DNA of 64,000 nt from Mobula birostris (taxonomy: Eukaryota): NCBI RefSeq assembly GCF_030028105.1, contig NC_092398.1, forward strand, positions 15,938,182 to 16,002,181, given 5' to 3'. Shown here piece by piece: positions 1 to 13,580 of the stretch (positions are counted from its first letter, which is position 1; every line of letters begins with the position of its first letter). A program made the translations under genes and the position numbers. Below the pieces are notes generated by a model. The model worked only from the letters and a program-made list of their open reading frames with translations. It was not told where the DNA came from and did no database searches.

Positions 1-960
1 ACACGTAAAAGTTGTTGGTGAACGCAACAGGCCAGGCAGCATCCGTAGGAAGAGGCACAGTCGACGTTTCGGGCCGAGACCCATCGTCAAGACTAACTGA
101 AAGAAGAGCTAGTAAGAGATTTGAAGGTGGGAGAGGGAGATCCAAAATGATAGGAGAAGACAGGAGGGGGAGGGATGGAGCCAAGAGCTGGACAGTGGAT
201 TGGCAAAAAAGTATATGAGAGGATCATAGGACGGGAGGCCTAGGGAGAAAGAAAGGGGGAGGTGAGGCATTAACGGAAGTTAGGGAAGTCAATCTTCATG
301 CTATCAGGTTGGAAGCTACCCAGACGGAATATAAGGTGTTGTTCCTCCAACCTGAGTGTGGCTTCATCCTTACAGTAGAGGAGGCCGTGGATAGACATTT
401 CAGAATGGGAATGGGACGTGGAATTAAAATGTGTGGCCACTGGAAGATCCTGCTTTCTCTGGTGGACAGAGTTTAGGTGTTCAGCAAAACAGTCTCCCAG
501 TCTGCATCGGGTCTCGTCAATATATAGAAGGCTGCCTCAGGAGCACTGGACGTAGTATATCACCCCAGCTGACTCACAGGTGAAGATTCATCTCACCTGG
601 AAGGACTGTCTGGGGCCCTGAATGGTAGTGAGGGAGGAAGTATAAGGGCATGTGTAGCACTTGTTCCGCTTATAAGGATAAGTGCCGGGAGGGAGATCGG
701 TGGGGAGGGATGGGGGGGGGGAAACGAATGGACAAGGGAGTCGCGTAGGGAGCGATCCCTGTAGAAAGCAGAGAGACGGGGGGAGGGAAAGATGTTCCTA
801 GTGGTGGGATCCCGTTGGAGGTGGTGGAAGTTACAGAGAATTATATGTTGGACCTGGAGGCTGGTGGGGTGGCAGGTGAGGACAAGGTTATCCCTATTCC
901 TAGTGGGCTGGCGGGAGGATGAGGTGAGAGCAGGTGTGCGTGAAATGTGAGAGATGCATT
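1..960 (-). mobile_element. Penelope-like element 3' fragment (GIY-YIG region and 3' tail), cut by window edge
   Basis: Nearly collinear with the Penelope copy at 31075-32160; same tail, with hammerhead motif at 59-94. Confidence 0.85.
59..94 (-). ncRNA. Minimal type I hammerhead ribozyme motif (C3U variant) in Penelope tail
   Basis: Minus strand reads AGTC-TTGACGA-T-GGGTCTCGGCCC-GAAAC-GTC-GACT: stem I AGTC/GACT, core, stem II, GAAAC-GUC. Confidence 0.7.
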
Positions 961-1011
961 TCAGTGCATGAAATTATTAATGTGGAATATGATCCTAATA
1001 TATCTCTTTCT

Positions 1012-1570
1012 GAGGTGAGGCCGAATCTGGAGTATTGTGTTCAGTTTTGGTCACCAAATTACAGGAAGGACATAAATAAGGTTGAAAGAGTGCAGAGAAG
1101 GTTTACAAGGATGTTACCGGGACTTGAGAAACTCAGTTACAGAGAAAGGTTGAATAGGTTAGGACTTTATTCCCTGGAGCGTAGAAGAATGAGGGGAGAT
1201 TTGATAGAGGTATATAAAATTATGATGTGTATAGATAGAGTGAATGCAAGCAGGCTTTTTCCACTGAGGCAAGGGGAGAAAAAAAACAGAGGACATGGGT
1301 TAAGGGTGAGGGGGGAAAAGTTTAAAGGGAACATTAGGGGGGGCTTCTTCACACAGAGAGTGGTGGGAGTATGGAATGAGCTGCCAGACGAGGTGGTAAA
1401 TGCGGGTTCTTTTTTAACATTTAAGAATAAATTGGACAGATACATGGATGGGAGGTGTATGGAGGGATATGGTCCGTGTGCAGGTCAGTGGGACTAGGCA
1501 GAAAGTGGTTCAGCACAGCCAAGAAGGGCCAAAGGATCTGTTTCTGTGCGGTAGTTTCTATGGTTCTATG
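1012..1570 (+). mobile_element. CR1 LINE 3' fragment
   Basis: ORF2 C-terminus RPNLEYCVQFWSP...GLYSLERRRMRGDLIEVYKI...WNELP; tail ttctatggttctatg. Confidence 0.9.
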
Positions 1571-1619
1571 TCCCTCCATGATTTTCCCTTTTGCCTGTGG
1601 TTGATTTCAGCCTTTGAGA

Positions 1620-2770
1620 AAAGATCAAGTTGAAGAATGATTGTATATCAGTAACACAGGTAGCTCAGTGATATGTGCAAGGCAGACATTATGGATTCTT
1701 ACACTCTACAATGATGGTTCGAAAGATCTAGTGATCTGTTGTTCAGGGTTTTCCGTTTATGTTCCAAAGTTTCAGGTGATTGTTAAGAAGATTATTAGTT
1801 AAAGTATCAGAATTCACGTCTAAGATAATTTTTTTATCATTTTAGCCTTCAAGTGGGTTGAAGAAGTCTGCCCTGATTCTGTACTTCTGTACTTTGATTA
1901 GTTTTTAGTTTTGTTCATGACGTGAGGACATGAATGACATTGGTGATCATGATTGCTCTTTGCAATTTTCTCCACAGAAGTAGTTTATCATTACCTTCAT
2001 CTGGGCAGTGGCTTTACAAGTTTCAGTTTTGACATTGATTAAAACAGGTATATCGAATTATAGGCCAAACATTATTTTTGGTTTCGTTGAGGTTGCAGGG
2101 TGGAGGTGTCTGTATATATCTGTTATGGGTCACTGCCCATGTTGGAGTTGAACAGAATGAAATGGCAGATATTCTAGCCAACCAATCAATTAATTTTAAA
2201 GATATCAATATCATGGTGCCTTTGCATATAGAGGAAATGAAAGCCATAACTAAAAGGTCAGTTTGATCACTGTAGCAACAATCTTTGGATAAGGAAAGGA
2301 AAGGATGGCATTTATAGCAAATTTAGATGATGGTGAAAACTCAACTGGGAAATGGGTATAAAAGAAGGGAAGAAGTTAAACACACATTTACATATTGGAA
2401 GTACTAGGCTGAATAATTCATTGTTCACAATTAATATGCATGATATGAACTTTTGTATGGAGTGCACGTCTCAAGAAACGGTGCAAGATAGATTGTTTGA
2501 ATGCAATTCCCATGAAGTGCAAAGGAAGCAACTAAATTAAGATCTCTGGAACAGACTCAATTTAACATGGAAGGATTGTTAGGATATCACTGCCATTGTA
2601 ATATATACACGTCTGTATTTGACGTTCTGAAAAGCAATAGACCTTTTGATATTTTTGAGGGAGAATTTGATTGGTATTCTTCCTGTCTCTTTACGCCACA
2701 CCCCAGCTCAGGTGGTGGTAATGCACCTTATGTTACTCTGCCAACAGCCATTAAAACTTACAAGAAGAAC
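1620..2770 (+). mobile_element. Nimb/I-group LINE 3' remnant (RNase H, CCHC region)
   Basis: Degenerate DGSK and WVTAHVGVEQNEMAD RNase H motifs, CxxC..ETVQ..LFEC; 3' end ggtggtggtaatgcacc...gccaacagcc...aagaag. Confidence 0.7.
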
Positions 2771-4174
2771 AAAATTTAAAAAGGCTTTTTTCCCCTTAAA
2801 ATCTGATCATCTTGATTTGATTGGATATTTTTAAGAGGTAAAAATATGTACTGATGAGGGTAGTTTCTGAGTTTGACTCAATTACTTAAAAGGGAGTTCA
2901 AGGTAGATGTTTTGATATTATAGTGGAGTAACAGGAATTACAGAAACATAAAAGAGGTGCTGACCAAGTTGATTGAAAGGAGAGATTAGCAGGGATGACA
3001 GTAGTACAGCAACAGCTGGAGTTTCTGGTATTAATTTGGAAGGCACAAGATAGATACATTCCAAAGTTGAAGAATTTTCTTTTCGTTCAGTTTTCTTTTT
3101 TCCCTAGATGCTGCCTGGCCTGCTGAGTTCCTCCAGCATTTTGTGTTTTGCAAGCATGAATAGTAGATTGGCTGATTGGCAGGAGGCAAAGTGTGAATAA
3201 AGGGGGCCTTTTCTGGGTGCCTAACTCTTTTAGTAGTGCTTCCAATTCTGTTAGGAAAATTATTAACACTATCCTTCAAACAGGAAGTTTTCCAGATGCC
3301 TTCAAAACTGCTGCCGTCAAAGCTCTATTAAAAAGCCAAACCTCAACAGTGAGGTACTAGCTAACAGCAGGACTTTCTCAAAACTTCCCATCCTGGGTAA
3401 GATTCTTGAGACAGTAATATTCTAACAACTCAACATTCTGAATGAGAACAATATTCGAGAAAATTTCAGACAGGTCCTCACAAAATCTGTCAGAAACCTT
3501 AGGTTCAGCACTGAGAGAGGAAGAGACTGAACATTTCAGGTCAGAATTTGGAAAGTGAAGCAAAAGCAAGCTTGTTTTAATTTGCAGAAAAGAATGGGGA
3601 GAGATCGATGGGATGAAATTAATATTAGTATAAACCAATGCCAGGTGGAACAGGTTAATGGAGACAATGGTGAATATGATTATCATTCATCAGGTTTCTA
3701 GTAGCAGAGTACGTAGATTCACACTTTCACAGAATGTTACAGAACGAAAACAGGCAATTTGGCCCATCCAGTCCCTACTTTTGTTCCTTTTCTAGAATAT
3801 TATTGTTTATTTTCTGGAGAATTGAGTACAATTCTGAAAAGGTACTGTGTCAGTTATCCATGTCATTCGATAGCAATGTTACTGACTAATCTTAAATATG
3901 AGACGGTAGTAAAAGGGAAATTGATCCAAATCATCTTTCTGGGGAACATTCGAAAATTTTGTAGACACCAGCAAAAAAACTCCCTCCGCTCTGGAAATGA
4001 TTCATCAAACCACCCCCACACATCGACAGAAACAAGTTAAGATACGTTAGTAGGACTTTAGTGTTTTTGTAGAAGGAACTTACTCAGAAACATTTCGCAG
4101 TGACAACGAAACCCGTGTCTTTTACCCCGCGCTTATGGAATCCGCAGAGTTGCTCTTCCACAGAGACTGTGAGC

Positions 4175-4190
4175 GGCTCTGAAAAGAGCC
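4175..4190 (-). terminator. Histone 3' stem-loop of H2A pseudogene
   Basis: GGCTCTTTTCAGAGCC, with purine-rich HDE-like GTGGAAGAGC downstream. Confidence 0.9.
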
Positions 4191-4220
4191 TTTGGGTCAC
4201 TGGGTTCAGATTCTGTTCGC

Positions 4221-4588
4221 TGCACCTGCTGGCACTGCCGGTTTTCTCGAACAACATCACAGCCTGGATGTTGGGCAGCACCCCGCCCTGAGCGATGGTC
4301 ACCTCCTCTCGTTGAGATCGTCGGCGTTGCGGACGGCCAGCTGCAGATGCCTGGGGATGATGCGGATCTTTTTGTTGTCCCGGGCCGCGTTGCCAGCCAA
4401 CTCAAGGATTTCAGCCGTCAGATACTCGAGCACAGCAGATAGACCAGGTCTCCGGCACTCACTCGCTCAGCATAGTTCCCTTTCTCAGAAGCCTGCGAAC
4501 GCGGCCTACGGGGTACTAAGGGTCCAGGGGTCGAGCGAGACTTGGCCTTGGAACGAGCTTTGCCGCCCGATTTTACTCGTCTACTCAT
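4221..4588 (-). pseudogene. Histone H2A pseudogene
   Basis: ATG at 4588 gives [19 protein letters not shown], then frameshifts and deletions; later blocks [21 protein letters not shown] and [14 protein letters not shown] are recognisable; paralog of 17702-18082. Confidence 0.9.
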
Positions 4589-4821
4589 TTTTCATAACCT
4601 TAGCAATTCTTTCGGAGAGAGTGGGGAAATACTGTACTTCCGGCCCTCGACCGTCATATAAAATTTGGGGGAATGCCCTGCGACGTTTATGATTGGTGCA
4701 ATAACGTTTAACTTCATCGGATGATTAGCTGTCTCCAATCGGAGAGCTGCCTTATTTACCAATCAAAATCAAAAGCAAAAGCGCGGAAAACAACGGCTTC
4801 CTCTCCGAAAACAAAGAGAAA

Positions 4822-4841
4822 ATTCAAACAGCCCGCCAAAA
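4822..4841 (-). promoter_or_regulatory. E2F/CDE-CHR-like element upstream of H2A pseudogene
   Basis: Minus strand TTTTGGCGG-GCTG-TTTGAA; also TTTTCCGCGC at 4781-4790 and CCAAT boxes. Confidence 0.6.
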
Positions 4842-5332
4842 ATCTTTGGTTCAGGGCTAATTGAAATCAAATAATTGCAAAGCTACTTGTTGGCTTAATC
4901 TCCACAGTAACAGATTACTGAAGACCGGCACATCTAATCTTTCAGTGCAGCAAATATTGCAAAAGTGTCTTGGGATTTATTTCTTAAACAAGGGAAAATC
5001 GGCAGATGCTAGAAATCCAAGCCACACACATAAAATGCTGAAACTCAGCAGGCCAAGCGGCATCGATGGAAAAGTTTCTCTAGCATTTTGTGTGCTCTGC
5101 GGGGTTGCAATTCACCGATTACTCCACTCAGAACTAAAGTCCATTGTCAGTTGCAGTCCCCGGTCAGTCATTGTGTGAATTGCATATGAACGAGTTGAGA
5201 AGTTGCTCTTCTCAAACTACGGCTGAAGTTTAGCCTGCAATTTTAACATATTATTTGTAAAAGAACCGTCTGGCATTGAAATGGGATTCAGGGAATATGA
5301 AGAAATACAGATCTGTTAATGAAATATTGAGT

Positions 5333-5348
5333 GGCTCTTAAAAGAGCC
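5333..5348 (-). terminator. Histone 3' stem-loop of H2B
   Basis: GGCTCTTTTAAGAGCC followed by ACTCA. Confidence 0.95.
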
Positions 5349-5379
5349 TTTGGGTTTCCAGTTGTTTTGGCAACACTCT

Positions 5380-5751
5380 TCACTTGGAGCTGGTGTACTT
5401 GGTCACTGCTTTTGTCCCTTCCGACACGGCGTGCTTAGCCAGCTCCCCGGGGAGCAGCAGGCGCACGGCGGTCTGGATCTCCCGGGAGCTGATGGTCGAC
5501 CGTTTGTTGTAATGGGCTAGGCGGGAAGACTCGCCAGCGATGCGCTCGAAAATGTCGTTCACAAACGAGTTCATGATGCTCATGGCCTTGGAGGAGATGC
5601 CGGTGTCAGGGTGAACTTGCTTCATCACTTTGTAGATATAGATGGAGTAACTCTCCTTCCTCAGCCTCCTACGTTTCTTCCCAGACTTCCCCGATGGTTT
5701 CGGCAGCGCTTTCTTAGCGCCCTTCTTGGGAGCAGGTTTCTGATCAGGCAT
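5380..5751 (-). CDS. H2B: Replication-dependent histone H2B (123 aa)
   Basis: [10 protein letters not shown]...[26 protein letters not shown]...AVTKYTSSK; intronless; TATA-like CCTATTTAAG near 5805-5814; stem-loop. Confidence 0.97.
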   Translation of the reverse strand: MPDQKPAPKKGAKKALPKPSGKSGKKRRRLRKESYSIYIYKVMKQVHPDTGISSKAMSIMNSFVNDIFERIAGESSRLAHYNKRSTISSREIQTAVRLLLPGELAKHAVSEGTKAVTKYTSSK

Positions 5752-7137
5752 TTCCTCCGTCGAAATGAGACCCAGCAATGAGAATAATAACCTTCGGAAC
5801 GCGGCTTAAATAGGCAGTGCTGACAGCGATATGCTGAAGAGGGATAGGAAATTCAAGCATTTTCATTGGCCGCTTGGAGAGACGAATCACTCTTTGAATT
5901 TCACACAACGGATCTTTTCATTGGATAGCAGAGGGAACATATTATAGTCACACGTTCCACCAATGAGAAGCCTCCCCCAGACTGCGGACCGGGACGTTGC
6001 CAAATCGTGGCGGTTCTCGGTCCCATATTTAATACGACAAGAGGGCAGAGACGGGGTTGGGACTGAAATTACACAGTGGGAAACGTAACATACAATTGCA
6101 GATGGAAGAAAAACACGTTCAGATGAGAAGTTAAGCGAACTCATTATCAAAGTACATAATGTCACTATCAACAAGCATGATTCATTTTCTTACGGGCATA
6201 CTCAATAAATCGATAACAGAATATTAGACTTGATAGAATAAATGGAAGACCGATCCAACTTGGAGATTCAACCACTGTGCTGAAGACTCAAAATATGCAA
6301 ATAAAAATATAAATAAAAAATAAATAAGCAAAATATATTGAGAAAATGAGATGAATAGTCCTTGAAAGTGAGACCAGATTGTGGAAACATTTAAGTCATG
6401 AAGAGGAAGTTCCTTTGGTTCAGGAACCTGACGGTTGAGAGATAATAACCATTGCTGACGCTGATTGTGTGAGTCGTGAGGCTCTTCTACCTGTTAGCGG
6501 CAATGAGAAGAGAGCACGTCCTGTGAGGTGGGGGAGGGTGATCCCTGATGATAGCTACCGATTTCCTGAAACATTGTGCTCATTGCAAGGGAGGACTTTG
6601 CCCATGACGGACTGAGCTGCATCCGCTAGGTTTTTGTAGGGCTTTCCATTCAAGGACATTTGGCATTTCCATACCAGCTGTGATGCAGCCGGTCAATATA
6701 CTTTCCAGCACAAGCAGAAGTTTATAGAATATGAAATATTGCAATATTGAACATTAAAGATATTGAACATAGAACAATACAGCACAGGAACAGGCCATTT
6801 GGTCTACAATGTTGTGCCAAAACAGCGAAAAAACAAATTATAAACATGCAAACACTAATTCCTCCTACCTGCACCATGTCCATATTTCTCCATCATCCAT
6901 ACATCCATGTGCCTATCCAATCGTCTATTAAAAGCCTCTTATTTATTTGCCTCCACCACCATTCCGGGCAGCACATTCCAGGCACCAATGACTCTGGGTA
7001 AAAAACACCCATCATATTCCCCTTGAACCTATCCCTGTCTCCTTCAATGCATGCCCTCTGACACTTCAATCCTGGGAAACAGATTCTCTCTGTCCACTCT
7101 ACGCCTCTCATAATTTTGTAAACCTCTTATCAGATTT

Positions 7138-9600
7138 CATAGAAACATAGAAAATAGGTGCAGGAGTAGGCCATTCGGCCCTTCGAGCCTGCATCGCCAT
7201 TTATTATGATCATGGCTGATCATTCAACTCAGAACCCCACCCCAGCCTTCCCTCCACACCCCCTGATCCCTGTAGCCACAAGGGCCATATCTAACTCCCT
7301 CTTAAATATAGCCAATGAACTGGCCTCAACTGTTTCCTGTGGCAGAGAATTCCACAGATTCACCACTCTCTGTGTGAAGAAGTTTTTCCTAATCTCGGTC
7401 CTAAAAGGCTTCCCCTTTATCCTCACACTGTGGCCCCTTGTTCTGGACTTCCCCAACATCGGGAACAATCTTCCTGCATCTAGCCTGTCCAATCCCTTTA
7501 GGATTTTATACATTTCAATCAGATCCCCCCTCAATCTTCTAAATTCCAATGAGTACAAGCCCAGTTCATCCAGTCTTTCTTCATATGAAAGTCCTGCCAT
7601 CCCAGGAATCAATCTAGTGAACCTTCTTTGTACTCCCTCTATGGCAAGGATGTCTTTCCTCAGATTAGGGGACCAAAACTGCACACAGTACTCCAGGTGT
7701 GGTCTCACCAAGGCCTTGTACAACTGCAGTAGTATCTCCCTGCTCCTGTACTTGAATCCTCTCGCTATAAATGCCAGCATACCATTCGCCTTTTTCACCG
7801 CCTGCTGTACCTGCATGCCCACTTTCAATGACTGGTGTATAATGACACCCAGGTCTCATTGCACCTCCCCTTTTCCTAATCGGCCACCATTCAGATAATA
7901 ATCTGTTTTCCTATTTTTGCCACCAAAGTGGATAACTTCACATTTATCCACATTAAATTGCATCTGCCATGAATTTACCCACTCACCCAACCTATCCAAG
8001 TCACTCTGCATCCTCTTAGCATCCTCCTCACAGCTAACACTGCCACCCAGCTTCGTGTCATCCACAGACTTGGAGATGCTGCATTTAATTCCCTCATCCA
8101 AGTCATTAATATATATTGTAAACAACTGGGGTCCTAGCACTGAGCCTTGCGGTACCCCACTAGTCACTGCCTGCCATTCTGAAAAGGTCCCATTTATTCC
8201 CACTCTTTGCTTCCTGCCTGCTAACCAATTGTCCATCCACATCAATACCTTACCCCCAATACTGTGTGCTTTAAGTTTGCACACTAATCTCCTGTGTGGG
8301 ACCTTGTCAAAAGCCTTTTGAAAATCCAAATATACCACATCCACTGGTTCTCCCCTATCCACTCTACTAGTTACATCCCCAAAAAATTCTATGAGATTCG
8401 TCAGACATGATTTTCCTTTCACAAATCCATGCTGACTTTGTCCGATGATTTCACCGCTTTCCAAATGTGCTGTTATCACATCTTTGATAACTGACTCCAG
8501 CAGTTTCCCCACCACCGACGTTACGCTAACCGGTCTATAATTCCCCTGTTTCTCTCTCCCTCCTTTTTTAAAAAGTGGGGTTACATTAGCCACCCTCCAA
8601 TCCTCAGGAACTAGTCCAGAATCTAACGAGTTTTGAAAAATTATCACTAATGCATCCATTCTTTCTTGGGCTACTTCCTTAAGCACTCTAGGATGCAGAC
8701 CATCTGGCCCTGGGGATTTATCTGCCTTCAATTCCTTCAATTTACCTAACACCACTTCCCTACTCACATGTATTTCGCTCAGTTCCTCCATCTCACTGGA
8801 CCCTCTGTCCCCTACTATTTCTGGAAGATTATTTATGTCCTCCATAGTGAAGACAGAACCAAAGTAATTATTCAATTGGTCTGCCATATCCTTGCTCCCC
8901 ATAATCAATTCACCTGTTTCTGTCTGTAGGGGACCTACATTTGTCTTTACCAGTCTTTTCCTTTTTACATATCTATAAAAGCTTTTACAGTCAGTTTTTA
9001 TGTTCCCTGCCAGTTTTCTCTCATAATCTTTTTTCCCCTTCCTAATTAAGCCCTTTGTCCTCCTCTGCTGAACTCTGAATTTCTCTCAGTCCTCAAGTGA
9101 GCCACTTTCTCTGGCTAATTTGTATGCTTCTTCTTTGGAATTGATACTATCCCTAATTTCTCTTGTCAGCCACAGGTGTACTACCTTCCTTGATTTATTC
9201 TTTTGTCAAACTGGGATGAACAATTGTTGTAGTTCATCCATGCAACCTTTAAATGCTTGCCATTGCATATCCACCGTCAATCCTTTAAGTGTCATTTGCC
9301 AGTCTATCTTAGTTAATTCACGTCTCATACCTCAAAGTTACCCCTCTTTAAGTTCAGAACCTTTGTTTCTGAATTAACTATGTCACTCTCCATCTTAATG
9401 AAGAATTCCACCATATTATGGTCACTCTTACCCAAGGGGCCTCTCACGACAAGATTGCTAATTAACCCTTCCTCATTGCTCAAAACCCAGTCCAGAATAG
9501 CCTGCTCTCTAGTTGGTTCCTCGACATGTTGGTTCAAAAAACCATCCCGCATACATTCCAAGAAATCCTCTTCCTCAGCACCTTTACCAATTTGCCAATT
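7138..9600 (-). mobile_element. CR1 LINE, 5'-truncated, relatively young, nested in an older CR1
   Basis: Frameshifted ORF2 pieces: end of APE domain (GKSDHN), RT (KSPGPDG, YLDFQKAFDKV, GVPQGSVLGP, SVDD for FADD); ttctatgtttctatg tail; flanks 6760-7137 and 9610-9970 rejoin as an older CR1. Confidence 0.95.
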
Positions 9601-10019
9601 TACCAATTTCACTTCAGCCTTTAATGCTCCAGAGAAAACAACTCACTTATCTAAACACTCACTACTACACATGCCACCTAAACCAGGCCGCATCTTGGTA
9701 AACCTTTTTTGACCCCTCTACAAAGCCTCAATATCCTTCCTGTAGTGGGGCAACCAGAACTGTAGGCTGTACTCTAGATGCCTAACCAGAGTTTTATAAA
9801 GTTGCAACATAACCTCCTGACTTTTGAATTTGTGCCTTGGTTAATAAAAGCAAGCATTTCATAAGCCTTCTTAATGACTTTCTCGATCTATGTAGCCACT
9901 TTCAAGGAGCTATGAACTTGGATTCCAAGATTTCTCTGCTCAGCAACACTGTTAAGGACCTGTACTGTAAGTTTCTTATTTCATGACCAATGGCAGCAAG
10001 AGACCAATAAAGAAAATTC

Positions 10020-10510
10020 AGATATCAGAGGTACAAAGGGACTCATGCAAGTTTCCAAAAGGTTAATTTGCAGGTTGTATTAGTGGTAAGGATGGAAAAT
10101 GAGAAGTTCATATTCATTTGAAGCAGATTAAAATATAAATGCAAGAAAATAGTATTGAGGCATAATAAGGCATTGGTTAGATGGTACTTGGGATATCATG
10201 AGCAGTTTTGGACCCCTTGTCTAAGAAAGTATGTACTGGCATTGGAGAGGTCCCACAAGGAGCTTCACGATAATTATCATGGGAATGAAAATGTTAATGT
10301 ATGAGGACAGTTTAATGGCTCTGGCCCTATATTCACTGGAATTTAGAAGAATGAGGGGGAATCTCATTGAAACTTATCGAATGTTGGAAGGCCTAGAAAG
10401 TGTTTCCTTTAGTGCAGGAATCTCAAACCAGTGGGAATTAACTCAGCAGAAAAGGTCATCCCTATAGAATAGAAATGAGGATGAATTTCTTTATCCAGAG
10501 AGTGGTGGCA
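10020..10510 (+). mobile_element. Decayed CR1 fragment
   Basis: LYSLEFRRMRGNLIETY motif. Confidence 0.75.
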
Positions 10511-10785
10511 GAACAGAATGCAAGCCCTGTACAGTAACAAGATAAACCAAATCTTTGAGAGCTGGACTTCCCTTTGTGCAGCTTTTCTTTGAGTAGAAGT
10601 TCAGTCAGGCCCCAGTCAAGATGACAAACTGACAGAGACAGTGTGCAGACATAGTACAGTTATCCAGGCCAAACACGGCTCTTGAAAGTCTAACTCTCCT
10701 TTGTACAGCCTTTCTGAACCAATGTCACGAAATATAACAAGATGAAGTTGGAAACAAATGAACCTAGGGTAGTATCTGCTACTGG

Positions 10786-12179
10786 TGTCATACACGGGGC
10801 TGCTGGGAGAGGACCCAAGTGCGAGACACAGACACTGAAGTACTAGGAAGAGGACTTGACTAGAGAGCTGGGACAAGAACACAGACATAGGCTAGGACAT
10901 TGGCTAGGCAAGCAGGACCAGGACAAGGAACTGGGAACTAGGAGCCTGGGCTTGGACTCCGAGCCGGAGACTGGACAAGGACCTAGAACCTGGGCCTTGA
11001 CCCGGGCCCGGATCCCGGAACTAGGCGAAGACATGACGTGACTACAGGACTGGACATGGCCTGGGTACTTCGAGGCGAAGACATGACGAGGCTTGGGTAC
11101 TTCGAGGCAAGGGCATGACTAGGCTTGGATTCAGACTCTGAGCCAGAGCCTGGACAAGGACCCAGAACCTGGATCTTGACTCGGGCTCAGACTCCGGAAT
11201 TAGGCGTAGACATGACGTGGTCTTGGGGGACAGGACTAGGCAAGGACTAGACAGAACGAGAGACTCCTGGGCAGGACGAGGGAACTCCAGCGCAGGACGA
11301 GGGAACTCCAGCGCAGGACGAGGGAACTCCAGCGCAGGACGAGGGAACTCCAGCGCAGGACGAGGGAACTCCAGCGCAGGACGAGGGAACTCAGGATGAA
11401 GCACATGGACAGGACGAGGCACATAGACAGGATGAAAACACGAAGTCTTGACTTGGTACTCAGGAACAGCTGAGCCTTGGACTGGGGACAGCAGGAACCT
11501 TGGAACCTTGGACTTGGGACAACAGGAATGCAGAACACAAAGCCTTGGTATTGGGGAGGACAGGAACACAGGGACATAGAACACAGAGCCGGGACCCTCC
11601 TTGCGAACAGGACTTGGGGCTGGGGCTCGACACAGAATGCTGAACATGACGAGACGGTTCCCAACCCTAGGTAGCGACAAATGGCCGGACCTACCTAGTG
11701 AAGGCGTGGATACAGAGACAGTTCCAACTCAACGATAGACAGTTCCTTACCTTGACACAGCAAGGCTCCGGTCTCGCTCTGGTGGTGGAACTTAACAAGG
11801 CTGCAGGCGAGGCTCCAGACACAGGTTGTGGGCAAGGCTCCAGAAGGAAGGGGAAGGGAAGGGAACAGTCCAGCCTCAGGGTAACAGCAAAGGCAGCCTG
11901 GCTTACCCAATGGAGGCAAAGACACGGAGGGACAAATCGAACCACAAGGTAACAGCCAAGACGGCCTGACTTACCCCACAGCGGCGAGGACGGGATACTG
12001 ATGAGATGAACCAGCAACCACACACGAACCCAGGGTCACTTTTATTACCAGCTCAAGACAAGCATCAGGTGCCTATGATGAAACCCAGCTGAAGCAAGGT
12101 ACAGCCGGAAGACCTGGAGTCTGGAGCCAAGGACCGGAGTGTGAACCGGAATGTGGACTTCATGGACTAGACCATGACA
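10786..12179 (-). mobile_element. Solo LTR (probably Gypsy-type), about 1.4 kb
   Basis: Termini TGTCAT...ATGACA; 5-bp TSD ACTGG/ACTAG; homologous to 35205-36223. Confidence 0.8.
11271..11392. repeat. 21-bp perfect minisatellite within the LTR
   Basis: GCAGGACGAGGGAACTCCAGC x5 plus a 17-nt partial copy. Confidence 0.95.
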
Positions 12180-12509
12180 ACTAGTCTGTTATTTCACTAA
12201 TTCTCAAGCCTTATTGACCTATAGCATGTAGATTTAGTTGATTTTAATACCTGAAATATGTATTATGATTGATACTTAGACAGGAAATTGATGGAATTCA
12301 GAAGTGCAGTATCTATTGGACCAATATCTGTATGTGGCCAGTCAATTTCTGTATAAGAATAGTATTGCTTTATTCAAATGTCAGAACAATGCGGTGACAG
12401 GGGCCAAGCTGTTCCTTTACACAATGAAGGAGAGTGTGACTGAGGAATAATGGAAGGATTCAGAGTCCAGTTAATCATAGAAGAGACTCTCAGTATATCA
12501 TATACTCAT

Positions 12510-12915
12510 AAACAAAAGGGATTCTGCAAATGCTGGAAATCCAGAGCAACGTACACAAAATGCTGGAGGAGCTCAGCAGGTTAGACAGCATCTATGGAAA
12601 TGAATAAATAGTCAGGATTTCAGAACAAGACACTTCTTCAGGATCAGAAATAAAGGAGGAAGATGCCAGCATAAAAAGTGTGGAGATGGGAATGGCTAGA
12701 AGGCGATAAGTGAAACCAGGTCGTTGGGAAATGTAAAGTGCTGCTAGAGAAGGAATCCAATAGGACAGGAGAATGGACCATGGGAGAAAATGAAGGAGGG
12801 GCATCAGGCGGAGGCGATAGGTAGATGAGGAGAAGAGGTAAGAGGTCAGAGTGGGGAATAGAAGAGGAAGGGTGACGGAAAAAATTACAAGAATGATAAA
12901 TTGATATTCATGCCA
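12510..12915 (-). mobile_element. Decayed Penelope 3' tail fragment
   Basis: gctggaggagctcagcagg...gcatctatgga tail and ttgatattcatgcca (end of GIY-YIG). Confidence 0.7.
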
Positions 12916-13187
12916 CATGTGTCGATCCCTGAGTTCATCCAGAGAAAGTAATTCAAAGCATAAGTACTTTAAGGTAGTACAAAAAGGAAAAAAAAAAGAA
13001 ATGCAGAATACATCATTATATATTCAGAGAATGTGCAGTACAAGGACACACAGAGGGAGCTTGGAGTTCAAGCTCACAGCTCCTTGTTGTTGGCTACATA
13101 CCAGGTGGTAAAGAACGTGTATAACACATTTGACTTTATTAGATGAGGTGACTGCAGGAGTCAGGAATTTATGTTGTAGCTTCAGTT

Positions 13188-13527
13188 TGGAGTCTACTGA
13201 GGCTGCCTCTAAAAGTACTGTCTCGGCTTCCTCTGGCATAGAGTCTAAAAGTCCAGTTGGGCCTCCTACAAAGTAGAATCTAAATGTAATTTGACCACCT
13301 CAGGATAAAAAATTAGTTAGGTCATCTCTGGGGGGAATCTAAAAATCTAGTTAGACCTCCTCTGTAGTAGAGTCGAAAGGTCTAGTTAGTCCTACACTGG
13401 AACAGAGTCTAAAGGTTTAGTTAGGCCTACTTTGGAGTACTGTCTAGACCTCCTTTGCAAAAGAGCTTGAAAGACTAGCCAGGCCTCATCTAGAGAAGAG
13501 TTTAAAAACTAGTTAGGCTACCTCTGA
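13188..13527. repeat. Degenerate tandem repeat, period about 35 bp
   Basis: TAGTTAGRCC-like core recurs at about 13314, 13348, 13383, 13418, 13476 and 13510. Confidence 0.75.
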
Positions 13528-13580
13528 AATTCTGCATTCCATTCTGATTGCTGCATTATAGGAAAGAATTGAAGACTTTG

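Noticed and set aside
690-790. G-rich tracts as functional G-quadruplexes
   Set aside because: They are standard internal Penelope sequence, also present at 31890-31990
5752-5778. N-terminal extensions of H2B, H2A, H1 and ZNF in the ORF track
   Set aside because: They begin at TTG/GTG codons in the 5' UTR; the canonical ATG downstream fits family N-termini
11271-11392. 21-bp direct repeats as a CRISPR array
   Set aside because: Units are contiguous with no spacers, lie inside a eukaryotic LTR, and there are no cas genes
11042-11680. 212-aa Pro-rich ORF with PRPALEF repeats
   Set aside because: Created by the 21-bp minisatellite within a solo LTR; open in several frames; no domain
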